A DNA stretch of 56,583 nt from positions 1 to 56,583 of the IMG/VR virus record IMGVR_UViG_3300036790_000306, one strand, 5' to 3'. Positions 20,901-28,753 of this stretch are shown piece after piece. Numbering within the stretch: position 1 is the first letter of the stretch; each line of letters opens with the position of its first letter. The notes under the pieces are model-generated. The model was not told the DNA's origin, did not search any database, and worked only from the letters and a program-made list of their open reading frames with translations. The translations under genes and the position numbers were made by a program. The DNA comes from a virus (Duplodnaviria; Caudoviricetes).

Positions 20901-21085
20901 TTGGCGTCGATGTCCCCGCGCAGACGATTGGCGTCCAGTCCGGCGTGTCGCTTCCGATCGACATCCCCGAAGGCGGACTCACCTACTCAAACGGCATTGC
21001 GATCGCAATCACCAAGGGAATGGCCGATGAGGATGCAACTCCAGTCGTGGCCGAAGATTGCGTAGTGGATATTTTCTACCAGTAA
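17999..21085 (+). CDS. Multidomain tail terminator fusion: N-terminal beta domain, two putative Ig domains, DUF3168-like terminator, C-terminal beta-sandwich
   Basis: Two GG..PY.W...G.LP.GL.L...G.ISGTP repeats; AILAWL...LVG.NIF..VLPE...IECWA terminator-like segment. Confidence 0.7.
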   Translation: MPLRTDLEIVQLPLTLPDVGGLTGANTVVTDPDFGAQIVRLTDGSSGNGAFDSMQTIDDPSGRPMWNVDDTLLIVRDTGSNGWLFQFNPSTMQGTQLGSAAPYKVNGHYCFSRVHAGVLYVMNGSALTAMTFAMVGGVWTYQNTTTVCDFAAILPGGFTVNWISGLTISEEDTVFAVAFSQGNQNTGFYACLYKPGAGLRMINTQTLAVTGDWGMIGTATLQNSSATGFYLHGVNQPPNPNYLTLSPVAGGGGHGSFVWQSDTLTLTQTGLSGHHGLGFLSLYTGNPGGGQYDQAFYATPAAHTTVIPKQAGPPGLPANQSPAQSYTGDQHSAFSPIDIEDESLLWITNGEPSIFPFTSCWMGEVRGLDVTGAISGSMGTVYRLCHTFNSGQSTEYIVTNAQLGVSRTGNFIAFTSDWGGAGTIGPLGSTSGAASGTLGVDARGDVFIARVPQGSLEVSSLNLADGVVADSYMQTLDADGGVAPYSWALTAGTLPAGLSLSSSGLISGTPTLIGSSSFTVTVTDSEGTPATAIATLSITIQPALSVSTSVLPAGTTGSGYSQVLAAAGGVSPYTWSIASGSLPPGLTLGPDGTISGTPSQTGAFSFTVEVEDSEQPSPDTATGSVAITIVAPPPAPTIFDSNLAILAWLQASTALAVLVGTNIFSPVLPEGFSAMASEAPDPSQRAVVVRRRGGRSNPEVPAVRDPSFAIECWAMESPDASQVYGVIRNLMHGSTSINLGSAGFIILSLEEVPEQDIIDPETHWAICFGYYHVKMRAPDPSAVPYAPQYYSGAGAPVTLHNDSDLYYDTSTGNLYEQVSRAWQLVGNIPQGTGGGGSIVRYDNQDIGGLTPTGNPNVWQLSVAFTANAMVFRNQGLLAPTLDYSTAGNLITYVVTPASDDVLAVVTVVSGSGGGSDMPSIKYHRVATSGLNTAVIKASAGLITGGTITNDTEYEIFVKIYDSATAPNVGVDVPAQTIGVQSGVSLPIDIPEGGLTYSNGIAIAITKGMADEDATPVVAEDCVVDIFYQ

Positions 21086-21089
21086 GAAT

Positions 21090-21593
21090 ATGAGCCGAAA
21101 ACGAATATTCGCCCTTGCCGGAATCATACTGGGCTCGTTCCTGCTTATGGCTTTCGGGCGAAACCTGCTCGACTTAACATCGCAGGTCAAGAACGTTCTC
21201 GGGCCGGCTAACGGCGGGACGGGGCTCACCTCAATAAGTTCTTTCTGTGTACCCGGTGGTTTTCAACCTCTGACCGACGGCACGACCGTCGACTGGCCCG
21301 TGAACGGCCAAATGTGCGGCAATGCTTCGCTTCTTCTCACTGCTCACGGCGGAAGTCGAACACTAATTGTCAGCGGATTGGTGGATGGAGGTTCTTACGT
21401 TCTCACAATCCAGCAAGACGGAACTGGCGGTGAGGGAATCGCTCTCGGGACCGGGTGCACCTGGAAGGTTTCCAACGGGGGAGCCGGAACGATTGCGCCG
21501 AGTACCGGGCCGAATGCCATCGACGTCATGGCCTGGACTTACAAAGCGAACGGTTCAACTTGTCTAGTCGATTTCGCTACCAACTTCAACTAG
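21090..21593 (+). CDS. Signal-peptide-bearing tail-fibre-like protein
   Basis: Basic+hydrophobic N-terminus; DLTSQV..VL..ANGGTG fibre motif; IQQDGTGG...ST..NAIDV fibre-tip domain. Confidence 0.7.
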   Translation: MSRKRIFALAGIILGSFLLMAFGRNLLDLTSQVKNVLGPANGGTGLTSISSFCVPGGFQPLTDGTTVDWPVNGQMCGNASLLLTAHGGSRTLIVSGLVDGGSYVLTIQQDGTGGEGIALGTGCTWKVSNGGAGTIAPSTGPNAIDVMAWTYKANGSTCLVDFATNFN

Positions 21594-21598
21594 GACGT

Positions 21599-21931
21599 GT
21601 GCGCAGCTTTCTTTATCGCGGCATTCTGCTGGCTTGCCTGGCCACGCATGGCCTCAGCCAGCGGCAGGTGTTCTTCGGCCACAACCAGCATCATTCTCAC
21701 GTCGGGCACTACGTCACGCTCTCATGGTCGCAGTCCGGATATATCACCGGGAACAATGTTTACCGCGGGACGCAAGATGGTGGACCTTACATCCAGATTT
21801 TCTCCTCCGGGTTCCCAATCACCGCCTATGTCGACAACGGATGCCTCGGGACATGTTTCTACGTGGTAACTGCCGTGAACCCCAACGGCGAATCCGCATA
21901 TTCGGACCAGGCAACAGCTGTTGTGCCGTGA
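21599..21931 (+). CDS. Secreted fibronectin-III-like protein
   Basis: Signal-like N-terminus; VTLSW..NVYRG..GGPY..YVVTAV...GES.YS. Confidence 0.75.
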   Translation: MRSFLYRGILLACLATHGLSQRQVFFGHNQHHSHVGHYVTLSWSQSGYITGNNVYRGTQDGGPYIQIFSSGFPITAYVDNGCLGTCFYVVTAVNPNGESAYSDQATAVVP

Positions 21932-21984
21932 CTCATTTTTTGATCCACATCGCCAAAACAACCAAGGAGAAGGAAAACGAACCT

Positions 21985-22785
21985 ATGAAACATTTCTTGA
22001 GAATTTTCGCACTCGGCACTCAAACAGCGCTATCCCTGCTGCTCTGCGCGAGTTTCTGTCTCGCTCAGCAAGGCATCAACATCCAAAACGTCGGTGGCTC
22101 TGCGACGCAGACCGGAAACGGTACCAACACCGGAGCACTCCGCGTAGCGATCGCTTCCGACAACACGGCTTTCTCCGTCAACGCGGCCTCGACTCTGAGT
22201 GCCGAAACCACCAAGGTTATCGGAACCGTCAGAAACGTCGGCAACGTTGGCGGGGTCTTCGATACGACGCCTGGCGCGACCGCTCCCGCGAATGCGCTGT
22301 TCGTTGGCGGCGTTTACAACACTTCTGCGCCAACTCCGTCGACCGGGCAGATGGAGCCGTTCCAGCTCGACTCGGCCGCCAATCTGAAAGTTAGCTGCAT
22401 CACGGGATGCAGCTCTGGGGGGACCTCGACGCTAGTGCCTGGCACGTCTGGCGGCGTCACTCCGTTTCATGCGGTCGCCGCAGCCTCGACGAATGCGACG
22501 TCTCTCAAGGCAAGCGCCGGGCAACTCTACGGAGCGTCGATTTACAACAACGCGACGTACCCGGTTTATTGGAAGTTTTACAACAAGGCGTCCTCGCCGA
22601 CTGTTGGAACCGACACCGTGGTCTTCGAAGTCCCGGTGCAGTCTGGGACAGAGCGCGAGATCCATACTGAGCAAGGGATCGTGTTCGGGACTGGCATCGC
22701 GTATGCACTCACGAAGGGAATTACCGACGCGGATACTACGGCGGTCTTGCTGAGCGATGCGGAGATCAGCGGATTTTACAAATGA
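21985..22785 (+). CDS. Secreted beta-rich protein with domain shared with tail terminator C-terminus
   Basis: MKHFLRIF...CLA|QQ; STNATSLKASAGQLYG...GI.F.TGIAYA.TKG. Confidence 0.75.
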   Translation: MKHFLRIFALGTQTALSLLLCASFCLAQQGINIQNVGGSATQTGNGTNTGALRVAIASDNTAFSVNAASTLSAETTKVIGTVRNVGNVGGVFDTTPGATAPANALFVGGVYNTSAPTPSTGQMEPFQLDSAANLKVSCITGCSSGGTSTLVPGTSGGVTPFHAVAAASTNATSLKASAGQLYGASIYNNATYPVYWKFYNKASSPTVGTDTVVFEVPVQSGTEREIHTEQGIVFGTGIAYALTKGITDADTTAVLLSDAEISGFYK

Positions 22786-23195
22786 ATCGCACTGTCCTCG
22801 TCATCGCATGTTCGGTTGTCTTGGGCGGACTGATGGCGGCGCAGAAGGTGGAAACGGTTCCACCGTCTGTTCCGCCAGCCGCCACAAGTCCCGTTGCGTC
22901 TTTCCTCGAGCCGCCAGCTCCATTTCCTGGACTCATCGTCAGCGATCCAATCTATCCTTTCCCGCCTGAAAAGAAGGCCAAGTTCCGGGACGCCCAGGTC
23001 GCGTTTCTCAATCTCGAATTGGAGATTAGGAAGCATGAGCTGGAGATCATGGAGTGCAAGCTGAAGCAAAAAGACGCGGTGCAGCGGATGCAGTCCATCG
23101 CGTACGACTTTGCGCTCGACAAAAAGATCGACATGGGCAAGTACGAGATGGATGGCGATAAGGTCGAGTGGCGACCTGGAAAGAAAAGCCAATGA
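22782..23195 (+). CDS. Secreted coiled-coil protein (fibre-assembly-chaperone-like)
   Basis: MNRTVLVIAC...MAA|Q; Pro linker; amphipathic helix. Confidence 0.6.
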   Translation: MNRTVLVIACSVVLGGLMAAQKVETVPPSVPPAATSPVASFLEPPAPFPGLIVSDPIYPFPPEKKAKFRDAQVAFLNLELEIRKHELEIMECKLKQKDAVQRMQSIAYDFALDKKIDMGKYEMDGDKVEWRPGKKSQ

Positions 23196-23632
23196 AGCGG
23201 CGACTCGGAATAGTTTTCATTCTTGCCGCCTGCGTGAGCGCGTGGGCGCAGCAGTCGGTCACGCCGGGGACGACGCCGAACACGGCGAACACAGCCCAGC
23301 GATGCACGCTCGTTTCAGCGGCCTCAAACAACGCGACCAACTGCAAAGGGTCAGCCGGGAATGTCTACGGCTTTCGCTTCGTCAACACAACCGGCACGAT
23401 TTACTACCTTCGGATGTACAACACCTCCTCCTCGCCGACGTGCAGCTCGGCCACGGGGTTCATCGAGACGATTCCGATTCCGGCATCCACGGGTGGAGCG
23501 GGCCTGGTCGCGATCGAGCCGATGGGCGAAGGCTATTCAACGGGCATCAGTTTTTGCCTGACCGGCGGATCGAGTTCCACGGATAACACCAACGCCGCGA
23601 CCGGCGTCTTCGGAACAATTCTCTACCAGTGA
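23192..23632 (+). CDS. Secreted protein, third copy of the shared beta-sandwich
   Basis: MKRRLGIVFILAACVSAWA|QQ; SNNATNCKGSAGNVYG...STGISFCLT. Confidence 0.75.
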   Translation: MKRRLGIVFILAACVSAWAQQSVTPGTTPNTANTAQRCTLVSAASNNATNCKGSAGNVYGFRFVNTTGTIYYLRMYNTSSSPTCSSATGFIETIPIPASTGGAGLVAIEPMGEGYSTGISFCLTGGSSSTDNTNAATGVFGTILYQ

Positions 23633-25938
23633 AATTTCGTCACATATTTTTGTTGGCTTTCGTGCTGGCTACGCTGCCGGCTTTTGGGCAGCTCGTGCTC
23701 GTCGGAGGATGTTCGGCGACGGCGGCGACGAGCTGCACGCCGGCGACGGTCGGGGGCCACAGTTTTGCCTCTGGGCAACTCATCTATACATTTGCATTCC
23801 GCACGGCGACGACAGCACCGACTCTTTCCTCGAGTCCGACTTTTACCGCGCTCGACACCGCTAGCGCGAGCGCCAGTTCGTTTCGATCGGGATGCGCGGT
23901 TTCAACCAGCGGCTCGCCATCCTCCGGGACGTGGGCGAATGCCACGCGCGTCGTCACCCTGATTTATAGCGGCTCTCCGGCCACAACGACCGCAAATTGC
24001 GCGTCAAGCGGTGTCGGTGGGAAAACGACGGCCGGCACATCAGGGACGACGAGCACCATCACGTACACGGGCATCACCTTGACGCATGGCGATGGGAGTT
24101 CATGGGTCATCGGCGCGGCCGGGGGCAGCGCGGCTGTTTGCACTCCAGCCACGATTCTTCATTCAGAAGAAAGCGCCACCGACCTCGTCGGCAACGATAC
24201 GAATGGCGGCGTGACCAGCTTCTCGACGCTCACCTGCACAGGCAGCGCGGGAAACTGGAAGTCAGATACGGTCGAACTTCTTTCTACGACTCTGGCCACG
24301 CCGACTTACACGCCCGACGCGGGCGGCTTTACCACGGTCGGCGGGGTTTACGTGACGATAGGGCTCGCCGGCGGAGCCACAGGCTGCTACACCACGGACA
24401 ATTCGACGCCGACTGCATCGGCTGGCTCCTGCACGCATGGATCGCCTTACTCGGCGCCGGTGCTGATCTCGACATCTGGCACGGTTCTTCAGGCGATCGC
24501 GACCGAGACCGGTTTTGCCAATAGTGCGGTAAAGAATTCGACTTTCACCCTGACGACGCCGTTTTCGATGCTTTCTCTGATGGGGACGGGGGTCGGCGGA
24601 TTTGCGGGAGGTCTCTCACTCCCGGTCGGATGGCTCGCCGTAGAAGATAATGGCGACGGCGATGATTGCAGCGGAACTACCACGAGTTGCAGTCCTACCA
24701 AGTTTGCGCCTGTTCAATCCGGCGATTTGGTCATTATCTGCGCTGGGTTGCCAGCGAACGACACGATCAGCACAATTACTGGCACCACCGGCGGGTCGTG
24801 GCAAACCATGTCCGGCGGACACGGATTTTCTGCAACCGCTGGAGGCTTCGACTGCCAATTCAATGCGGGGTTAACCGCAGGCACATTTACGCCGACCGTG
24901 ACGCTTACGACGCAAGACCTCGGGTATGTGCTGAAGGTAGAGATTCAGCCGCCAGCAGGCTACACGGCATCATTTGATGTTGCAACAAATGGCAGCGCTT
25001 CAAGCTGCACAACGTGCACCGGCCCTAGCATCTCGTTGTCTGCTACTGATGCTGTTGTTTATGTCTGGGCAGAAGCTAACAGCCCTGTCTTTCCGTTCAC
25101 ATTTTCCTCGCCGTTTATAACAGGGCTGTCAAATGAAGGCATCGCCACAAATGTAAGTGGAACGGTGCAACCGACTGCCGGCCAGTCTCCGGCTGGCGAC
25201 GCTGCCTTTGTAGCCATGGCGTTTAAAAGTTCTGCTGGTACGTTCAGTGTTCCAGCTCCTGTATTTACTTGGGTGGCTTTAACTGCCGTCCCAGGTGGCG
25301 AATCCTGTGGGCCAGCTTGCCCGGCGATTACTCTAAACGGTACTCCCGCGGCAGGCGATCTATTGTTCGTTCAAGCTGCCGATCTCCAAAATGGGGGTTA
25401 CATCTCTTCGATTAACGATGGTCATAGCGGCGCCTTTACGATTCCCAGCCCAGGCAGCACCTGCGCGGTTCAGGTTGTTAACAATGCAAGCGCCTGGTGG
25501 AATAATAGCTGCGCTTGGGAAGTTCTTCCTGCCGGCGTAACCCAGATCACTCCAACAATGGCCGCAAGCGGGCAGACCGGCTTCTTGATTTATCAGGTGC
25601 ATCGCAACGATGGCCATACGTGGGCACTCGATGCACAGAATTCGACTACCATCAGTTCTCCAAGCACGACATCCGTTGCGTGCCCATCGCTGTCGGTATC
25701 AGGAACAAACGAGGTTATCTTTCAGCAAGGCTCGAACCAAGGACAAATGTGGGGAGGAAGTCCGAATTACTACATTCAGCCCTATATAAACGATTCCGGT
25801 TGGAGCAACGCCGTGTTACAGGGAAATGCGCAAGGAGCCGCGGGCTTCAACATGACGCAGTATTATCAGTGCGTTTGGATGTCGGTGCAACAGGGTGCGG
25901 CCAATCCCGTGGCTATGTACGCGGTGGCCTTCAAATGA
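23629..25938 (+). CDS. Large secreted Ser/Thr/Cys-rich multidomain protein with chitobiase/FN3-associated domain
   Basis: MKFRHIFLLAFVLATLPAFG|Q; ATPTYTP..GG...YTTDNSTPT...LQAIA. Confidence 0.75.
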   Translation: MKFRHIFLLAFVLATLPAFGQLVLVGGCSATAATSCTPATVGGHSFASGQLIYTFAFRTATTAPTLSSSPTFTALDTASASASSFRSGCAVSTSGSPSSGTWANATRVVTLIYSGSPATTTANCASSGVGGKTTAGTSGTTSTITYTGITLTHGDGSSWVIGAAGGSAAVCTPATILHSEESATDLVGNDTNGGVTSFSTLTCTGSAGNWKSDTVELLSTTLATPTYTPDAGGFTTVGGVYVTIGLAGGATGCYTTDNSTPTASAGSCTHGSPYSAPVLISTSGTVLQAIATETGFANSAVKNSTFTLTTPFSMLSLMGTGVGGFAGGLSLPVGWLAVEDNGDGDDCSGTTTSCSPTKFAPVQSGDLVIICAGLPANDTISTITGTTGGSWQTMSGGHGFSATAGGFDCQFNAGLTAGTFTPTVTLTTQDLGYVLKVEIQPPAGYTASFDVATNGSASSCTTCTGPSISLSATDAVVYVWAEANSPVFPFTFSSPFITGLSNEGIATNVSGTVQPTAGQSPAGDAAFVAMAFKSSAGTFSVPAPVFTWVALTAVPGGESCGPACPAITLNGTPAAGDLLFVQAADLQNGGYISSINDGHSGAFTIPSPGSTCAVQVVNNASAWWNNSCAWEVLPAGVTQITPTMAASGQTGFLIYQVHRNDGHTWALDAQNSTTISSPSTTSVACPSLSVSGTNEVIFQQGSNQGQMWGGSPNYYIQPYINDSGWSNAVLQGNAQGAAGFNMTQYYQCVWMSVQQGAANPVAMYAVAFK

Positions 25939-25941
25939 GAA

Positions 25942-26610
25942 TCAGTCGCGATGTTTCGCAAACACATCGCCGTAATAGATATGCTTGGGTACGACTGAGA
26001 GCAATGGCACCATCTCTTCGGCCGCGACCCACCGGTCCAATTCAAGCTTCGTCTTTTCCCCGAGAGCAAAATTAAATTCATACCCTGGGAGAAGGTTGAT
26101 GCAGCAAACAGCCACACTCAACGCGAGCGGCGCGAATTCGAAACTCGCAACTTCTGGCCGAAATGACATTCCCCGAAGCACTTCAGCATCAAAGCCTTCG
26201 GTGTCAATTTTTACGTATCTGGGAAGACCGTAGCGTTTTGCCATCACATCGAGAGTTGAGATCGGGACCTGAATTGACTCGGAGCACTGCGCACTTCTTG
26301 CCCACGCTGGCGACAACGTGCTCCGATCGCCTTTCCCCGTTCCGACGTAGAGTTCTGCCGTTCCTTCCTGTTGCCCCATCGCACAGGACTCAATTTGGAC
26401 GTTCTTCCCGGTGAAGCGATTTTCTAGAATTTCGACATTTTTCGGGTCTGGCTCGATCGCGACGACCCTCGCGCCAGCGCCCAATAAGGCCTCCGTGTAG
26501 TTTCCGACGTTGGCTCCCACGTCAAAGACTAAATCGTCCGGTCTTACGAATTGAGAGTAAAACGAGCGGCGACTTGGATCGAACAGGGCATGATAGACAG
26601 CGCGAAGCAT
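25942..26610 (-). CDS. FkbM-family methyltransferase (antisense moron)
   Basis: VFDVGANVG, IEP, KIDTEGFD..VL.G. Confidence 0.92.
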   Translation of the reverse strand: MLRAVYHALFDPSRRSFYSQFVRPDDLVFDVGANVGNYTEALLGAGARVVAIEPDPKNVEILENRFTGKNVQIESCAMGQQEGTAELYVGTGKGDRSTLSPAWARSAQCSESIQVPISTLDVMAKRYGLPRYVKIDTEGFDAEVLRGMSFRPEVASFEFAPLALSVAVCCINLLPGYEFNFALGEKTKLELDRWVAAEEMVPLLSVVPKHIYYGDVFAKHRD

Positions 26611-26671
26611 AGGGCAGTGATTCTATCCGAATTTCGACTTAGTAACTAGATTAAATATTGATTTACGAGCC

Positions 26672-26836
26672 ATGTCTCTTTTCGGGAAACTCGTGCGAAC
26701 CGCGGTGAACGTGGCCGTCTTACCGGTCGAAGTCGCGCGCGATGTCGTGACGCTCGGCGGAATCGCTACCGGAGAGCCGAAGCCGTATACGGGGCAGCGC
26801 CTCGAGCAGTTGAAGGACGAAGCCGAAGACGAATAG
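26672..26836 (+). CDS. Small hypothetical protein
   Basis: MSLFGKLVRTAVNVAVLPVEVARDVVTLGG..., 54 aa. Confidence 0.65.
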   Translation: MSLFGKLVRTAVNVAVLPVEVARDVVTLGGIATGEPKPYTGQRLEQLKDEAEDE

Positions 26837-26869
26837 TCCCCTCTCTCCGAACGCTCCAAAACAATCTCC

Positions 26870-27331
26870 ATGCCTCTCGTACTTGAACCCATCGTCGACA
26901 CCACTGGCGACGATGTCGGCTTGAAAGCTTCGATCGCGCTCAATCTTCGCGAGCAGATTCATGCTGCCGGCGTGCTCGCCACACAGGAAGTCTTCGAGCA
27001 GCAAATTCTGCCGGCGGCCAAAGCGGGCTCCCCCGTCGGCGGCCATCTCGATCCGCATCCTGGCAAGAATCGGGATTCGATCGAGGTCAGCTTCCACGAC
27101 AACCCCGAAACCGGATGGATTTCGGCCTGGCTCTCCACGCATTCGGGGTATGGCTGGCTGATCGAGCACGGCACCAGTCATAACCGGCGACTGACGCAGC
27201 TCGCAAAGCGGCGGCGCCGTCACCCAGTCGTGAACGATCGGACGCGTGCGCAGCCATACATTTACCCGGCCATGACGCAGTTCGTCGGGACCATCGCTGA
27301 ACGCCAGCGAGAGATTTTGGAAAGCACCTGA
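26870..27331 (+). CDS. HK97 gp10-like tail completion protein
   Basis: AK..SPV...G.NRDSI, YG.LIEHGT, AQPYIYPA. Confidence 0.85.
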   Translation: MPLVLEPIVDTTGDDVGLKASIALNLREQIHAAGVLATQEVFEQQILPAAKAGSPVGGHLDPHPGKNRDSIEVSFHDNPETGWISAWLSTHSGYGWLIEHGTSHNRRLTQLAKRRRRHPVVNDRTRAQPYIYPAMTQFVGTIAERQREILEST

Positions 27332-27379
27332 TTTTGGAAAGAACGTAAGCAACTCAATTCCTTTTAGGAGAACAAGACC

Positions 27380-27967
27380 ATGGCTGAACCAACCGCAACT
27401 CAAATCATCGCAGGGCCTGCAACTTTGTACGTGGCTCCGCTCGGAACCGCGCTACCCGCAACAAGTTCGCCCGCCACCTGGCCTCCCACGTGGCCCGCGG
27501 GATGGCAACAGGCCGGCTACACCGAAAAGGGTGTCGATCTGATCTATACGCCAACCGTCAAGGGATTCACTCCGGACGAAGAAGCCACCGAGGTTTATGA
27601 CATCCTCGAAAAGCAGAAGGCCGAAATCTCAACCGTCCTGTGGGAAGCCACGATCGAGAACTACAACCGAGTTGTCTCGGCCGGTGTATTCACCGACGAC
27701 GGAGCGGTTCGCAAACTGGCGGTTGGCGGCTTGGCGTTGCGCTATTCGATGATCGGCTTCCAGGGGCCGGCGCCGGTCTCGGATTCAATGTCGAGCCCTG
27801 CGTCGACGCCAACGGGTCGCGTGATCATCATGCAAAAGGCGATCGTCACCAGCGCGATTTCGATCAACATGAGCCGTCAAGAAATCCAGAAGTTCAACGT
27901 CAAATGGGATGCCCGCAAGATCTCCGGCCAGGATCTCTACGATCTGTTCGAGTTCTATCACCTCTAG
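27380..27967 (+). CDS. Major tail (tube) protein
   Basis: AGGAG SD; GPATLYVAP.GT..P...W...GYT..G; position before chaperones and TMP. Confidence 0.8.
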   Translation: MAEPTATQIIAGPATLYVAPLGTALPATSSPATWPPTWPAGWQQAGYTEKGVDLIYTPTVKGFTPDEEATEVYDILEKQKAEISTVLWEATIENYNRVVSAGVFTDDGAVRKLAVGGLALRYSMIGFQGPAPVSDSMSSPASTPTGRVIIMQKAIVTSAISINMSRQEIQKFNVKWDARKISGQDLYDLFEFYHL

Positions 27968-28002
27968 AGTTCGGCTTCCCTTCCTTCTCTCCTAAAAGGC
28001 TC

Positions 28003-28030
28003 GCCGGCGAGTCGCACGCGACTCGCCGGT
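28003..28030 (+). promoter_or_regulatory. Strong GC-rich hairpin after major tail gene (transcript stabiliser or attenuator)
   Basis: GCCGGCGAGTCGC-AC-GCGACTCGCCGGT. Confidence 0.5.
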
Positions 28031-28070
28031 CGGCTTCACTTAGGAAGATATTTTTCACCTGGAGAAAACG

Positions 28071-28517
28071 ATGGCGAAAGAACGTACCGAAGAGCAGGTG
28101 CTCAGCAAGGCCCCGCTCAAAGTCAAGCTCGGCAACGTAGACTACGAACTGCCGATCCTAGCAATTACCCGCATGGGCGAATGGCGGAAGAAAGTTATCG
28201 CGACCGCCAAAGAGATCGGCGAGTTGGGAGTTTCGCTGCTCGGTCTGGGACAAGCCTTCCTCGCCTTTCCCGAAAAGATCGTGGAGCTGGTTTTTGCCTA
28301 TGCTCCGAACTTGCCGAAAGACAAAATCATGGACGCGGAAAATGGGGCGACCGAAGAACAGTTCGCGCTGGCCTTCTCTCAGATTGAGAGCGTCGCTTTC
28401 CCTTATCAGCGCCAGGTCTCGTTGATGAAATCGCTGGCGACGATCCAGAGCCTTTCACCCTCGGAGAAGTCTACGAATTCATCCTCGCCGAGTACGGACT
28501 CACGCCAGATCATGTGA
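28071..28517 (+). CDS. Tail assembly chaperone (G)
   Basis: Between MTP and TMP. Confidence 0.8.
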   Translation: MAKERTEEQVLSKAPLKVKLGNVDYELPILAITRMGEWRKKVIATAKEIGELGVSLLGLGQAFLAFPEKIVELVFAYAPNLPKDKIMDAENGATEEQFALAFSQIESVAFPYQRQVSLMKSLATIQSLSPSEKSTNSSSPSTDSRQIM

Positions 28518-28750
28518 ACCGGCGGTTCACCGACGAGATGCTGGCGCTGATCCTCCTTTCCCGGACGCGCAAGATCCGCAAAGAACGAAAACGAATGGAA
28601 GAACTCAAACGCAGAGACGGCGACGGCCAGTACGCCGGCGATCGTCCGCCGCGGTTTGTCTCGCACAGTGAATTTTTTGCTCCGATGTTAACTCCAACCT
28701 TAGCCAATCCGAACGCGCTCCGCTTTAAGCGCATTCAAGTCGTCGCCTAG
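28397..28750 (+). CDS. Tail assembly chaperone GT extension via -1 frameshift
   Basis: T TTC CCT heptamer at 28397-28403; -1 frame open to 28750. Confidence 0.7.
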   Translation, partial: FPLSAPGLVDEIAGDDPEPFTLGEVYEFILAEYGLTPDHVNRRFTDEMLALILLSRTRKIRKERKRMEELKRRDGDGQYAGDRPPRFVSHSEFFAPMLTPTLANPNALRFKRIQVVA

Positions 28751-28753
28751 CCT

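Noticed and set aside
25942-26610. Invertible segment controlled by the FimB-like recombinase
   Set aside because: No flanking inverted repeats noticed around the antisense genes; they have their own promoters
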